DNA of 32,000 nt from Candidatus Paracaedimonas acanthamoebae (GCA_000743035.1 CP008936.1:1050001-1082000); one strand, 5' to 3'. Positions 1 through 10,287 are shown, counted from the stretch's first letter. Made by a program: numbers and translations. Notes: generated from the letters alone by a model not told the origin.

Positions 1-314
1 AACAGATAGGTTCCAAGAGAATAGGTCCGCAATTGAGCGGCCATAAAACCCGAAAATATCGTTAAACTCATTAAGACAAGAAAGAATGCACTAGGATATT
101 CTATTTTTAAAATTCGCAATAAAATCAAAAAAATACACGAAAACAGAACCCCTATTAATCCAGCCCACCATGAAGGCTCAGTTTGCATCCCAAAATAAAT
201 GAGTATTCCCGTCCCTATCCCAACCGGTGCCCAAAGAATCCATTGAGTGCGTTCTTCTATGAGTTTTTCGCTCAAAACGCTAGAAAATTTAGTTGCTAGA
301 AAAGATGCAGCCAT
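1..314 (-). CDS. comEC: ComEC/Rec2-family membrane protein, N-terminal part (gene runs off the left edge of the window)
   Basis: Not in the ORF track because it is incomplete. My manual reverse translation from ATG at 314..312 stays open to position 1. It reads MAASFLATKFSSVLSEKLIEERTQWILWAPVGIGTGILIYFGMQTEPSWWAGLIGVLFSCIFLILLRILKIEYPSAFFLVLMSLTIFSGFMAAQLRTYSLGTYL. The E-R-x-x-W-x-LW-x-PV-x-x-G-x-G-x-x-x-YF pattern followed by TM helices matches my memory of alphaproteobacterial ComEC N-termini. The divergent comEC|gltX-gltA arrangement is also common in that class. Confidence 0.5.
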   Translation of the reverse strand, partial: MAASFLATKFSSVLSEKLIEERTQWILWAPVGIGTGILIYFGMQTEPSWWAGLIGVLFSCIFLILLRILKIEYPSAFFLVLMSLTIFSGFMAAQLRTYSLGTYL

Positions 315-377
315 TCCAAATATATGTTATAATAAAAATTATATTGTATAAGCACTTAATGATCTTAAAGGAATTAT

Positions 378-1778
378 ATGACTGTTGTCACTCGTTTTGC
401 TCCCTCTCCCACTGGTTATTTACATATTGGTGGTGCAAGAACGGCTCTTTTCAATTGGCTTTATGCAAAGCATTTAAATGGAAAATTCTTGCTACGCATT
501 GAGGATACCGACCGTGAACGCTCGACTAATGAGGCGATTAAAGCCATCATTGATAGTATGAAGTGGCTTGGATTAAACTGGGATGAAGATATTGTATTTC
601 AATTCTCAAGAGCTCAACGCCATACCGAAATTGCGCATCAGTTAGTTGCTGAAGGTAAAGCATATTATTGCTTTTGTACCCCTGAAGAGCTTGAAAATAT
701 GAGAGAAAAAGCTCGGCAAGAAAAACGGCAACCCCGTTATGACGGTCGTTGGAGAGATCGTGATATTCGCGAAGCCCCGCCAGGAATTAAGCCTGTTATT
801 CGCTTAAAAGTTCCTTATGAAGGTGAGACAGGTATTTTAGACGTCGTCCAAGGTCAAGTTCGTGTTCAAAATAATCAACTTGATGATATGATTTTATTGC
901 GAGCTGATGGGACACCTACCTATATGCTGGCTGTTGTTGTTGATGATCATGATATGAATATTACCCATGTGATCCGAGGAGATGATCATCTCACAAATAC
1001 TTTCAGGCAAATTCAAATCTATAATGCCATGAGCTGGAATACACCAACTTTTGCACATATTCCAATGATTCACGGAAATGATGGCGCAAAGCTCTCAAAA
1101 CGTCATGGCGCACTCGGTGTAGAAGCTTATCAAGACATGGGTTTTCTTCCTGAAGCAATGTGTAATTATTTACTACGCTTAGGTTGGGGATATGGAAATG
1201 AAGAAATCATTTCACAAGAGCAAGCTATCAGATGGTTTGACATCCAAAATGTGGGCCGGTCACCTGCACGTTTTGATCTTGCCAAATTAAAAAGCGTAAA
1301 TGCACATTATCTCAACCAAAGTGATGATCAACGTCTTAGCAATTTAATTGCCCCTTTCCTCGAAGAGAAGCTTGGAAAACCACTTAGCCTGTCTGAAAAA
1401 TCAACTTTAGAAGCAGCAATGCCAGGCTTAAAACAACGTGCCCAAACCACAATAGAGCTTGCAGATAGCGCGCTTTTTTATGTTCATAAGCGACCTATTC
1501 CTTTAGATGATAAAGCTTCTCAATTACTTGATAAAAATACTAAAGATTTATTAAAGGATTTTTTACCCAAATTAACTGGCGCTAAAGATTGGTCTCATGA
1601 TTCTCTACAAGAAATGTGTCGCATTTTTTCTGAAAATCGTGGAATAAAGCTTGGCCAAATTGCCCAACCTTTGCGTGCGGCGATTACTGGTCGTTCAATC
1701 TCCCCCAGTATTTTTGAAGTTATGGAAGTTTTAGGTCAGGAAGAGTGTTTAGGTCGCCTGCAAGATGTGTTAGGATAG
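378..1778 (+). CDS. gltX: glutamate--tRNA ligase (glutamyl-tRNA synthetase)
   Basis: 466-aa ORF. The N-terminus [30 protein letters not shown] carries the class-I HIGH motif (HIGG). KLSKR is the KMSKS-type motif. An AAGGA Shine-Dalgarno lies a few nt upstream of the ATG. Confidence 0.97.
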   Translation: MTVVTRFAPSPTGYLHIGGARTALFNWLYAKHLNGKFLLRIEDTDRERSTNEAIKAIIDSMKWLGLNWDEDIVFQFSRAQRHTEIAHQLVAEGKAYYCFCTPEELENMREKARQEKRQPRYDGRWRDRDIREAPPGIKPVIRLKVPYEGETGILDVVQGQVRVQNNQLDDMILLRADGTPTYMLAVVVDDHDMNITHVIRGDDHLTNTFRQIQIYNAMSWNTPTFAHIPMIHGNDGAKLSKRHGALGVEAYQDMGFLPEAMCNYLLRLGWGYGNEEIISQEQAIRWFDIQNVGRSPARFDLAKLKSVNAHYLNQSDDQRLSNLIAPFLEEKLGKPLSLSEKSTLEAAMPGLKQRAQTTIELADSALFYVHKRPIPLDDKASQLLDKNTKDLLKDFLPKLTGAKDWSHDSLQEMCRIFSENRGIKLGQIAQPLRAAITGRSISPSIFEVMEVLGQEECLGRLQDVLG

Positions 1779-1812
1779 CAATATTAGGCATATAGAGGAC
1801 AAGAAGCTAGAA

Positions 1813-3147
1813 ATGTCATCTCACAACAAATCAAGCTCCCTATCTCATCAAGGACAAGTTGCAAAGCTTACGCTTTCTAAGAATGGTATTGAACAATCTT
1901 TTGAATTTCCTATTTTATCTGGCACCTTAGGTCCAGATGTTCTGGATATACGTGAACTTTACACACAAACGGGTTATTTAACCTATGACCCAGGCTTCAC
2001 CTCAACAGCAAGCTGCGAATCTGCCATTACCTTTGTCGATGGTGAGAAAGGTCTCCTTCTGCATCGAGGGTATACTATTCAAGAGTTAGCAACACACTGT
2101 GATTTCTTAGAAGTTGCCTATTTGCTCCTTTATGGTGAAATTCCAAATCAATCACAAAAAATAGATTTTGAACAAAATATCATCACTCACACTATGCTTC
2201 ATGAGCAACTTATTAATTTTTATCAAGGGTTTAGAAGAGATGCTCACCCTATGGCGATTATGGTAGGAGTTGTTGGAGCTCTTTCTTCATTTTATCATGA
2301 TAGCCTTGACCTTAAAGACCCCGAGCAGCGCGAACTTGCCTCTTATCGACTCATCGCCAAAATGCCATCAATTGCGGCTATGGCTTACAAATATTCTGTG
2401 GGGCAACCTTTTGTTTATCCTAGAAATAACCTCAGATACGCTGAAAATTTTCTGCATATGATGTTTGCTTTACCGTCATATGACTATCAGATCAATAAAA
2501 CTATTGCCCAAGCTATTAATAAAATTTTCATTCTTCATGCAGATCACGAACAAAACGCCTCAACATCAACAGTGCGCCTTGCGGGTTCTTCTGCAGCCAA
2601 CCCCTTTGCGTGCATTGCTTCTGGAATTGCTTCCCTTTGGGGGCCAGCTCATGGAGGCGCAAACGAAGCTGTTTTAAATATGCTTAAAGAAATTGGTACA
2701 AAAGACCAGATTCCTGAGTATTTAAAACGAGCAAAAGATAGGAACGATTCTTTCCGCCTCATGGGTTTTGGACATCGAGTTTATAAAAATTTTGACCCAC
2801 GTGCCGTTGTTTTAAAGGAAAGTTGCCATCAAGTTTTAGATGCTTTAGGCGTAAAAAAAGATCCTCTTTTTGATCTTGCGATGGAACTGGAAAAAATTGC
2901 TCTGCAAGATGAATACTTTATTGAGAAAAAACTTTTCCCCAATGTAGATTTTTATTCAGGGATTATTTTACAAGCTATTGGCATCCCTGTCTCAATGTTT
3001 ACAGTACTTTTTGCTGTTGCCCGCACAGTTGGTTGGGTTTCTCAGTGGCGGGAAATGATTGGAGATCCGGTTCAAAAAATAGGTCGACCACGTCAAAGAT
3101 ATATAGGCTCTATGCAAAGACCTTTTATTGCTTTAAAAGAAAGATAA
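1813..3147 (+). CDS. gltA: citrate synthase (type II)
   Basis: 444-aa ORF with citrate synthase signatures [15 protein letters not shown] and [14 protein letters not shown]. The N-terminal KLTL...[14 protein letters not shown] resembles E. coli GltA. Confidence 0.97.
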   Translation: MSSHNKSSSLSHQGQVAKLTLSKNGIEQSFEFPILSGTLGPDVLDIRELYTQTGYLTYDPGFTSTASCESAITFVDGEKGLLLHRGYTIQELATHCDFLEVAYLLLYGEIPNQSQKIDFEQNIITHTMLHEQLINFYQGFRRDAHPMAIMVGVVGALSSFYHDSLDLKDPEQRELASYRLIAKMPSIAAMAYKYSVGQPFVYPRNNLRYAENFLHMMFALPSYDYQINKTIAQAINKIFILHADHEQNASTSTVRLAGSSAANPFACIASGIASLWGPAHGGANEAVLNMLKEIGTKDQIPEYLKRAKDRNDSFRLMGFGHRVYKNFDPRAVVLKESCHQVLDALGVKKDPLFDLAMELEKIALQDEYFIEKKLFPNVDFYSGIILQAIGIPVSMFTVLFAVARTVGWVSQWREMIGDPVQKIGRPRQRYIGSMQRPFIALKER

Positions 3148-3151
3148 GAAT

Positions 3152-3349
3152 ATGATACATCGAAATAATAGTATGATAGGTCAAGAGGTTATGGAACAGC
3201 ATAATTCAAAAGGATTCATCCTACGAGAAAGATCTTCGCTGACATCTCTCCCAACAAATGATAATAAGTCACCCAAAAATGAGCTTATTAAACGAATAAT
3301 CACAGGCATCATAATCTTAGCAATTGTTATATTTCTTGCTCTCTTGTAA
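3152..3349 (+). CDS. hypothetical small protein with a C-terminal transmembrane helix (tail-anchored topology)
   Basis: 65-aa ORF that fills almost the whole 207-bp gap between the gltA stop (3147) and the uppP stop (3355). It has a hydrophilic N-terminal two-thirds and then IITGIIILAIVIFLALL at the extreme C-terminus. No clear SD and no family I recognise. The support is the ORF length in AT-rich non-coding space and the absence of any terminator hairpin in the gap. Confidence 0.3.
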   Translation: MIHRNNSMIGQEVMEQHNSKGFILRERSSLTSLPTNDNKSPKNELIKRIITGIIILAIVIFLALL

Positions 3350-3354
3350 CATTC

Positions 3355-4146
3355 TTACGCTAATACTAATAAGATAATTCCTAAAATAAGCCGATAAACA
3401 ACAAAAGGTGTAAATGATGATTTTTTCAACCAAATCATCATAAACCGTATTGCTATAATGCCTGAAATTGCTGAAATACCTGCGCCTACCAGCATTTCTT
3501 GTGTCAGGAAACTTTGGCCAGCTGCTTGCATCTTATAACCCGTCAAAGTGGCCGCTCCAAGAATTGCAGGAACTGACAATAGAAATGCAAACCGAGCTGA
3601 ATCGAGCCGTGTAAATCCTAATAAACGCGCCATCGTCATACAAGCCCCTGAACGACTTGTCCCAGGAATTAAGGCAAGAGCTTGGGCACATCCAACAAGA
3701 ATAGCTTTTTTCCATGTCATATCCTGTAAAGTCTGTGTTGAAGAAACAATACGATCAATAAGAAAAAGCAAAATACCGTGAATAATGCTCATCCAACCAA
3801 CCACAACAATTGTGCGGAGATTATCAATTCCACCCGAACTCAGAAGAAAACCTGCTATAATCGCAGGAATTGTCGCTAAAATAATATAAAGTGCAAGGCG
3901 CCCGTCTAAAGTGTTTTTACCTGTTAATATTTTGAAGAATCCTTGAAAAAGTCGAAAAATATCTCTCCAAAAATACATGACAACTGCTAAAAGTGTGCCG
4001 ACATGCATGGCTACATCAAGCTCAAGTCCTTGAGGTAACCAACGTAAGAGATAAGGAATTAAAATAAGATGACCCGTTGAACTTATAGGAAGGAACTCTG
4101 TTGCTCCTTGAATAATAGCAAGAATAACAATTTGATATAGAGACAT
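3355..4146 (-). CDS. uppP: undecaprenyl-diphosphate phosphatase (BacA/UppP)
   Basis: Shows the UppP hallmarks GATEFLPISSTGHL near the N-terminus and PGTSRSG, and is hydrophobic throughout. The track start (4209) is a TTG giving a 21-aa extension with no resemblance to UppP. I place the start at ATG 4146 (MSLYQIVILAIIQGATEFLP), which aligns with the E. coli UppP N-terminus. Confidence 0.92.
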   Translation of the reverse strand: MSLYQIVILAIIQGATEFLPISSTGHLILIPYLLRWLPQGLELDVAMHVGTLLAVVMYFWRDIFRLFQGFFKILTGKNTLDGRLALYIILATIPAIIAGFLLSSGGIDNLRTIVVVGWMSIIHGILLFLIDRIVSSTQTLQDMTWKKAILVGCAQALALIPGTSRSGACMTMARLLGFTRLDSARFAFLLSVPAILGAATLTGYKMQAAGQSFLTQEMLVGAGISAISGIIAIRFMMIWLKKSSFTPFVVYRLILGIILLVLA

Positions 4147-4213
4147 CTGTTTCTCTGTGTTAGATTGCGGAATATGGTTACCATTAGTAAAAATTAACTT
4201 TGAAGTCAACTTA

Positions 4214-4882
4214 ATGCGTACACTTTTTCATGTGCCTTTATGCCCTTTTTCTCGAAAGGTTCGTTTAACTCTTGCTGAAAAAAAACTTGATGTAAACTTA
4301 GAACCAGAACTTATTTGGAAGAAACGAGAAGAATTTCTAGAGGTTAACCCTGCTGGAAAAGTTCCTGTGTTAATTGACCTTAATCAGAAAATCTTATGTG
4401 ATAGCAACTCAATATGTGAATATCTCGATGAAGCTTATCCTGAACCATCATTAATAGGAAGAGATCTTTTCCAAAGAGCAGAAACTCGCAGGTTGATTGC
4501 TTGGTTTGATGACAAGTTTAATCAAGAAGTTACACGCACTATTGTTTATGAGAAGACATTAAAACGATTTTTTGAACAAACTGGTCCAGATTCTAATGCT
4601 TTACGGGCCGGTAAAGCTGCCATTGAGTTTCATCTTGATTACATTTCATGGCTTATTGATCGCCGTAATTGGCTCGCTGGTGATGACTTATCGCTTGCTG
4701 ATCTTACAGCGGCAGCTCATCTTTCATGTGTTGACTTTCTTGGACATGTTCCTTGGGATAAATTTCCAGATGCTAAAGAATGGTATAGTCGCCTCAAGTG
4801 CCGCCCAAGTTTTCGTTCACTTCTCACTGACAAAATGCCTGGAATTAGTGTTGCTTCTCATTATTCAGATTTAGATTTTTAA
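4214..4882 (+). CDS. glutathione S-transferase family protein (Cys-type CPF active-site motif)
   Basis: Thioredoxin-like N-domain (MRTLFHVPLCPFSRKVRLTLAEKKL...GKVPVL...SNSICEYLDE) followed by a helical GST C-domain. The track start at 4157 is a GTG only 10 nt from the uppP start. I prefer ATG 4214, which leaves a 67-bp divergent promoter region. Confidence 0.85.
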   Translation: MRTLFHVPLCPFSRKVRLTLAEKKLDVNLEPELIWKKREEFLEVNPAGKVPVLIDLNQKILCDSNSICEYLDEAYPEPSLIGRDLFQRAETRRLIAWFDDKFNQEVTRTIVYEKTLKRFFEQTGPDSNALRAGKAAIEFHLDYISWLIDRRNWLAGDDLSLADLTAAAHLSCVDFLGHVPWDKFPDAKEWYSRLKCRPSFRSLLTDKMPGISVASHYSDLDF

Positions 4883-5148
4883 CGAATCCCAATCTTGAAT
4901 AAGGAGCCTTAAAAATTTAAATAAAACCGGAAAGATCATAGAGTTAAATAATTCTTTTTTGTCAATAAATCCTCGCCAAATTTATAAATGAAGCTAAGCA
5001 AATCTATTGTTTCTTTGCTTCTATTAAAAAGTAAGCCGTATTCTTCTGGAAGGACTGGAGATGACTTTAGAGCTAAAAATGAAAAATTACGTCTTACTCC
5101 AAACCTGAGCTTGAGTATATTTCTAAAATTTTAACTCTTACGCTTACT

Positions 5149-7725
5149 TTATTTAGCTTGAGGTTTAATAAGGAGTGCACCATTATTTTCAGTGACCTCT
5201 ACAGAATCTGTAATTTTTCCTTCTAAAATCATCGAAGCCATTTCATTTTGAAGATGTTTTTGGATGACTCTTTTTAAAGGACGTGCCCCATACACTGGGT
5301 CATAGCCCTTTTGGGCAAGCCACTCTTTCGCCTTATCATCAATATGAAAAGTGATTTGATGCTCTTCAAGCAGTTTCTCAAGATGACGCAGCTGAATATC
5401 AACCACTCCTTTCATATCCTCAGGTGCTAAGCGATTGAAAAGTAATACTTCATCGATTCGGTTAAGAAACTCAGGCCTAAAAGCATGCCTCACAACTTCC
5501 ATGACGCCATCACGCATTTTTTCTGCGGATTCCCCTGGTTCAAGATTTGCCAGAAGTTCGCTACCTAGATTTGAGGTCATAATAATGACTGTATTTGTAA
5601 AATCAACCGTCCGTCCCTGTCCATCCGTTAAACGACCATCATCTAAAACTTGCAATAAAACATTGAAAACATCAGGATGAGCTTTTTCAACTTCATCAAA
5701 CAAAATGACCTGGTAAGGACGGCGTCGAATAGCTTCAGTTAGACTTCCTCCCTCTTCGTAACCAACATAACCTGGAGGAGCACCAATTAAGCGAGCAACA
5801 GAATGTTTTTCCATGAACTCTGACATATCTATACGCACCATTGCAGATTCATTATCAAATAAAAATTCAGCTAGTGCTTTTGTGAGTTCAGTTTTTCCAA
5901 CACCTGTCGGCCCTAAAAACAAGAAAGAACCAATTGGCCGGTTCTTATCTTGAAGGCCTGCACGCGCACGTCTTACAGCATTGCTTACCGCAAGAATAGG
6001 CTCATGCTGCCCAACAACTCGTTGATGCAAGAAAGCTTCCATATGAAGAAGTTTTTCACGCTCGCCTTCTAACATTTTATCAACAGGAATTCCTGTCCAA
6101 CGAGAGACAACAGCTGCGATATCATTTTCTGTAACTTCTTCTCGTAAAAGAGAGGAATCGTTGTTGCTTGGGGTTTCTTCTAACTGTTTTTCAAGGTTAG
6201 GAATTATTCCATAAGCGAGTTCTCCTGCGCGCGCTAAATTTCCTTCTCTTTGAGCAATGTCAAGTTCAGAACGCGCCTGATCTAAACGTTCTTTAAGTTT
6301 TTGAGATTGATTAAGTTTATCTTTTTCACTTTGCCAAGCATTTGTCAATTTGCTTGATTCTGATTCTAATTCATTTAACTCCGTCTCCAGACTCGCAAGC
6401 CGCCTTTTAGAGACTTCATCTGTCTCTTTTTTGAGAGCTTCTCGTTCGATTTTTAGTTGAATAATACGTCGATCGAGCTCGTCAAGTTCCTCGGGTTTAG
6501 AATCAACCTCCATGCGAAGGCGACTTGCAGCTTCATCTACAAGGTCTATTGCTTTATCCGGTAGAAACCGATCACTTATATATCGGTTTGAAAGAGTTGC
6601 AGCTGCTACAATTGCACTATCAGTAATGCGTATGCCATGATGTAGCTCATATTTTTCTTTTAGCCCTCGAAGGATTGAAATGGTATCTTGGACAGTTGGC
6701 TCAGGAACAAAAACAGGTTGAAAGCGACGAGCTAAAGCCGCATCCTTTTCGATATACTTACGATACTCATTTAACGTGGTTGCCCCAACACAATGTAACT
6801 CACCTCGTGCAAGTGCAGGCTTCAGCATATTTGAAGCATCCATAGCTCCTTCTGCCTTTCCTGCTCCAACAAGGGTATGCAATTCATCAATAAAGAGAAC
6901 AATTTCGCCAGCTGCATTGGAAATCTCTTGCAGAACAGCCTTAAGCCTTTCCTCAAATTCACCCCGGAATTTTGCCCCAGCAATCAAGGCACCTAAGTCT
7001 AATGCCATAAGTTGTTTATCTTTTAGACTTTCTGGAACATCCCCCTTCACAATACGATGTGCAAGCCCTTCAATAATAGCAGTTTTACCAACACCAGGTT
7101 CACCAATAAGAACTGGATTATTTTTTGTCCGTCGTGAGAGAACTTGTATTGTTCGCCGGATTTCTTCATCCCGACCAATAACAGGGTCTAATTTTCCTTC
7201 ACGTGCTAATTGGGTCATATCTCGGGCATACTTCTTTAGAACTTCGTAAGACTCTTCGGCTGAAGGACTATCAGCTTTACGGCCTTGCCGTAATGTTGTA
7301 ATTGCGCTCTCTATCCTAGCAGATGTGATTCCTGCTTTGTTTAAAATCTGAGTTATATCAGGGCTTTTGACCGCCGCTAAAGCTTCAAAAAGACGTTCAA
7401 CAGTGATAAATTGATCTCCAGCCTCTTGCGCTTTCTTTTCAGCATAATCAAAAATCTTAACCGTTTCAGGAGCTAAATAAATTTGTCCAGCTCCTTGTCC
7501 AGCAATTTTAGGTTGTTTTTTAAGCAAGTTTTCAACATCAGTTTGTAGAGGTCTTAAGGGAACTGACATTATTTCTAACAAACGCGGAATTGGTCCTTTT
7601 AAATCAGCTAATAAAATCATTAATATATGCTCAGGAAGGAATCGTTGATGTTCCTCACGTAAAGCAAGCATCTGGGCATTTTGAAGGATTTCTCGCGCTT
7701 TTTCAGTATATTTAGATAAATCCAT
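5149..7725 (-). CDS. clpB: ATP-dependent chaperone/disaggregase ClpB
   Basis: 858 aa. It has a Clp N-domain, two AAA+ modules with Walker A GEPGVGKT and GPTGVGKT, and a long coiled-coil middle domain ([23 protein letters not shown]...) between them. That architecture is diagnostic of ClpB rather than ClpA. Confidence 0.98.
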   Translation of the reverse strand: MDLSKYTEKAREILQNAQMLALREEHQRFLPEHILMILLADLKGPIPRLLEIMSVPLRPLQTDVENLLKKQPKIAGQGAGQIYLAPETVKIFDYAEKKAQEAGDQFITVERLFEALAAVKSPDITQILNKAGITSARIESAITTLRQGRKADSPSAEESYEVLKKYARDMTQLAREGKLDPVIGRDEEIRRTIQVLSRRTKNNPVLIGEPGVGKTAIIEGLAHRIVKGDVPESLKDKQLMALDLGALIAGAKFRGEFEERLKAVLQEISNAAGEIVLFIDELHTLVGAGKAEGAMDASNMLKPALARGELHCVGATTLNEYRKYIEKDAALARRFQPVFVPEPTVQDTISILRGLKEKYELHHGIRITDSAIVAAATLSNRYISDRFLPDKAIDLVDEAASRLRMEVDSKPEELDELDRRIIQLKIEREALKKETDEVSKRRLASLETELNELESESSKLTNAWQSEKDKLNQSQKLKERLDQARSELDIAQREGNLARAGELAYGIIPNLEKQLEETPSNNDSSLLREEVTENDIAAVVSRWTGIPVDKMLEGEREKLLHMEAFLHQRVVGQHEPILAVSNAVRRARAGLQDKNRPIGSFLFLGPTGVGKTELTKALAEFLFDNESAMVRIDMSEFMEKHSVARLIGAPPGYVGYEEGGSLTEAIRRRPYQVILFDEVEKAHPDVFNVLLQVLDDGRLTDGQGRTVDFTNTVIIMTSNLGSELLANLEPGESAEKMRDGVMEVVRHAFRPEFLNRIDEVLLFNRLAPEDMKGVVDIQLRHLEKLLEEHQITFHIDDKAKEWLAQKGYDPVYGARPLKRVIQKHLQNEMASMILEGKITDSVEVTENNGALLIKPQAK

Positions 7726-7732
7726 TCTATCT

Positions 7733-7737
7733 ACTCC
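7733..7737 (-). promoter_or_regulatory. Shine-Dalgarno (AGGAG) of clpB
   Basis: Plus-strand CTCCT is AGGAG on the coding strand, 7 nt upstream of the clpB ATG (7725..7723). Confidence 0.6.
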
Positions 7738-7772
7738 TTCTAGCTATTTCTTTTTATATTGTAATTAACTTT

Positions 7773-8924
7773 TTAATTTTTTTGTAGAAGTTCTGTATAA
7801 ATCTTTAAGGTCTCATCAATCATAACTTGTTTAGAAAATGAATCTTGAACACGCTTTCGTGAAGCTTTAGCGATTTGGTTTTGCTTTGCCTGCGATAAAT
7901 TTAAAGCCGCCACTAACTCTCTTGCAAGTTCCAAAGTATCACCAGGAGAAACTAAAGAGCCAGTTTTACCATTCTCGATAATTTCTTTAGGCGCACCTAA
8001 ACTGCTCGCAATAACAAATTTTCCCATTGCTTGGGCTTCTGCTATAACCCGACCAAAAGCCTCAGGAGCTGTTGATGCATGAACAACCACGTTCGCTATG
8101 CTATAAGCAGCAGGCATATCACTACATTGTTCGATAAATTTTATTTTATGAGCTAAATCAGTATTACTTACAGAGGCTTGCAGTTCTTTTAGATAATTCC
8201 CGTGACCTTGAGAGCTTCCTAAAATGACGCATATACCTTTAAAGTCACCTATTTTTTTTAGGGCTTCAAGCAAAACGGCTTGTCCTTTCCAACGCGCTAG
8301 ACGACCGACCATCAAGATAAGAGAATCGGTTACCTCTAGACCCCATGCTTTTCTAAGTTTTTCAGAACGTTCCTTGCTCACTAGTTGAGGGGAAAAATGG
8401 TTGAGATCTACCCCTCGATAAATAATCTTAATTTTTTTTGAATCAGTATAAGCTCCATAGTTTTTTTCAATATGTTCATGAATAAAATGCGAAACAGCAA
8501 TCACTCGCTCCCCTCGAGCCATAACTGAATTATAATATCTCTTCCATCTACTGCGAAAATTATAAGTCCCATGAAAAGTCGTGACAAAAGGGATTTTCAA
8601 GCGCTTAGTCGCGTAATAAGCACTCCATGCAGGCCCTCTTGAACGCGCATGAACAAGAGTTACATTTTGTTCTTTAATAATTCTTTGTATTCGCTTGATA
8701 TTTAACCATATTGTAAAGGGATTTTTTGAATTGAGAGGAAGTTTTATATGCTCAGCTCCTATTCCCTTTAATTGCGACTCTAGCTTTCCACCTGCAGAGA
8801 TTACTAAAGCCTTTCCACCTACTTTTAAAATACCTTCAGCAATGTCAAGAGTTCCTCTTTCTACGCCACCTTGATTTAATGCTGGCAGAATTTGCAAAAT
8901 TGTTTGGTTTTTCAAATTGAACAT
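7773..8924 (-). CDS. glycosyltransferase, GT4 / group-1 family (GT-B fold)
   Basis: 383 aa. The N-terminal QILPALNQGGVERGTLDIA and HARSRGPAWSA...FVTTFHGTY are typical of GT4 enzymes. The C-terminal half has the E-x7-E-like region GRVIAEAQAMGKFVIASSLGAPKEIIENGKTG. Acceptor and donor cannot be inferred from the sequence alone. Confidence 0.85.
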   Translation of the reverse strand: MFNLKNQTILQILPALNQGGVERGTLDIAEGILKVGGKALVISAGGKLESQLKGIGAEHIKLPLNSKNPFTIWLNIKRIQRIIKEQNVTLVHARSRGPAWSAYYATKRLKIPFVTTFHGTYNFRSRWKRYYNSVMARGERVIAVSHFIHEHIEKNYGAYTDSKKIKIIYRGVDLNHFSPQLVSKERSEKLRKAWGLEVTDSLILMVGRLARWKGQAVLLEALKKIGDFKGICVILGSSQGHGNYLKELQASVSNTDLAHKIKFIEQCSDMPAAYSIANVVVHASTAPEAFGRVIAEAQAMGKFVIASSLGAPKEIIENGKTGSLVSPGDTLELARELVAALNLSQAKQNQIAKASRKRVQDSFSKQVMIDETLKIYTELLQKN

Positions 8925-9066
8925 GATAAATCTACATCTTTCTTATGCAATTCTTATTGTTGCAAAAAATTTATGGTCTGTTAATAAAAACTTTAGAATA
9001 ATATGAAATTATTTAATTTTACCATAAACTCTTAAATGAGATAAGGTAGCTTTCTTGGCAATAGAG

Positions 9067-10251
9067 ATGAAAGAACATCAAATGACTTTTTTTAGGAAAC
9101 AACAAATCCTTAAACTTCTAAAAGAACACCGCGTATTAGCGATACTTCTTGGTTTTATTATCGTGGGAGTCTTTGCAATTATTATTAAGGAATTTGTCCT
9201 CCCAGACCCAAAAAGCAGACGCCAGATGAAAGGGGTCACTGTCGAAGTTGAGTATGTGAGAAAAGCGTCGCTGACAAAACATATTACAACTGTCGGAACC
9301 TTAGCTGCCAATCAGATTGTTACGGTAAAACCTCAAATCAGTGGACTTATCTCTGAGATTAAAGTGCAAGGAGGGTCAGAAGTCGTAGCAAATCAGCCTA
9401 TTATGCAAATTGATGACCGTCACTTTAAATCAAATCTTAAGGAAGAAGAAGCTAAGCTTATTCTTGCGAAAGCAGCCCATGACAGAGCTTCAAAACTGCT
9501 CGAAAAGAAATTTGGTCCTGTAAAGTCCTATGATGAAGCGTTAGCTAACCTGAAAGCAGCCGAAGCTAGGGTTGAGATTGCAACAAAAAAAGTAGAAGAT
9601 TCTCTAATACAAGCTCCATTTGAGGGTATTATAAGTCTTAATAATATCAGTGTAGGTGCGCCTGTTAATGAACAAACTGAGCTTTTCACAATTGTTGATG
9701 TTGACCCTATGAAATTAGACTTTAGAGTTCCAGCTGAATACTTAAGATATATGAGTGTGAGCCAGACCTTATCTATTGTCATTGATGGTTTTGAAGAAGA
9801 GCCTTTCTCAGGAACGGTTGAAGCCATAGATGCAAAAGTTGATCCTCACGCTCATAGTATTGCTGTTCGTGCGAACCTAAGCAATGAGAAAAGAATGTTA
9901 AAGCCCGGCCTCTTTGCGCGTGTTGATCTTGTTGTGGGTTCTAAAGATAACGCCCTTGTTGTGCCTTTAAGCGCTGTTGAAAGTAGCGGTGATGAAGAAT
10001 ACGTCTATAAAGTATTTAATGGTGTTGCTTATCGTTTCCCCGTTACGACAGGCATTCAAGAAGGTGATAACATTGAAATTGTCCGCGGATTGCAAGAGGG
10101 GGATGTTGTGGTAACTGTTGGACAAAATAAAATTCGCGATGGTATTCCTGTGGTTTATGAAGGTATGGAAAAGGATTTGAAAAAAGAGGATGATTCTCAG
10201 GAATCAAAAAATACGAACAATAACAAAAAAGAGCCCCAAGGTAAGAAATAA
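9067..10251 (+). CDS. efflux RND transporter periplasmic adaptor subunit (membrane fusion protein)
   Basis: Has an N-terminal membrane anchor (VLAILLGFIIVGVFAIII), a lipoyl-like segment and a coiled-coil hairpin (KSNLKEEEAKLILAKAAHDRA...ANLKAAEARVEIATKKVE). A beta-barrel follows (APFEGIIS...PGLFARVDL). It sits directly upstream of the RND pump. The start is uncertain: TTG 9055 (track), ATG 9067 or ATG 9082. It ends in a Lys/Asn-rich low-complexity tail. Confidence 0.9.
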   Translation: MKEHQMTFFRKQQILKLLKEHRVLAILLGFIIVGVFAIIIKEFVLPDPKSRRQMKGVTVEVEYVRKASLTKHITTVGTLAANQIVTVKPQISGLISEIKVQGGSEVVANQPIMQIDDRHFKSNLKEEEAKLILAKAAHDRASKLLEKKFGPVKSYDEALANLKAAEARVEIATKKVEDSLIQAPFEGIISLNNISVGAPVNEQTELFTIVDVDPMKLDFRVPAEYLRYMSVSQTLSIVIDGFEEEPFSGTVEAIDAKVDPHAHSIAVRANLSNEKRMLKPGLFARVDLVVGSKDNALVVPLSAVESSGDEEYVYKVFNGVAYRFPVTTGIQEGDNIEIVRGLQEGDVVVTVGQNKIRDGIPVVYEGMEKDLKKEDDSQESKNTNNNKKEPQGKK

Positions 10252-10287
10252 AGCTTACTATTAATGCTTAAGGAAAGTTAATTCAGT

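Noticed and set aside
293-502. 69-aa ORF spanning the comEC/gltX divergent region and the start of gltX
   Set aside because: It has a TTG start inside the comEC N-terminal coding region and runs out of frame through the gltX HIGH-motif region. Both overlapped genes have strong homology support.
4147-4213. TTG- and GTG-initiated extensions of uppP (to 4209) and of the GST gene (from 4157), which would make the two divergent genes overlap
   Set aside because: Both extensions lack similarity to their families, while the internal ATG starts align with known N-termini. The region is treated as a 67-bp divergent promoter spacer.
4572-4874. 100-aa same-strand alternate-frame ORF inside the GST gene
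   Set aside because: It is fully nested in the well-supported GST reading frame. Its product is hydrophobic and stop-poor because of the T-rich second codon positions of an off-frame. There is no independent start signal.
5045-5054. UCU-GGAA-GGA hairpin that recalls the GGAA tetraloop of SRP (4.5S) RNA helix 8
   Set aside because: The flanks lack the conserved AGCA/GGAAG-GAGCA symmetric and asymmetric loop motifs, and lack any extended helix. It is most likely coincidental.
4988-5134. 48-codon ORF (MKLSKSIVSLLLLKSKPYSSGRTGDDF...) in the GST/clpB spacer
   Set aside because: It has no SD (the upstream sequence is CCAAATTTATAA), its composition is unremarkable, and its length is easily reached by chance. 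It is mentioned only under the spacer finding.
6776-7249. 157-aa plus-strand ORF antisense to clpB
   Set aside because: It lies entirely inside the highly conserved first AAA+ module of clpB. Its product is Ser/Pro/Ala/Arg-rich low-complexity sequence typical of a shadow frame opposite a conserved gene. It has no SD.
7726-7900. Heat-shock (sigma-32-type CTTG-N17-CYTATNT, or CIRCE) element upstream of clpB
   Set aside because: I read the 47-bp spacer and the 3' end of the GT4 gene on the minus strand. I found no CIRCE inverted repeat and no acceptable sigma-32 match.
9078-9827. Antisense ORFs of 77 and 99 aa within the RND adaptor gene
   Set aside because: These are shadow ORFs opposite a supported CDS. 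The products are low-complexity Ser/Thr/Ile-rich, with no start signals.
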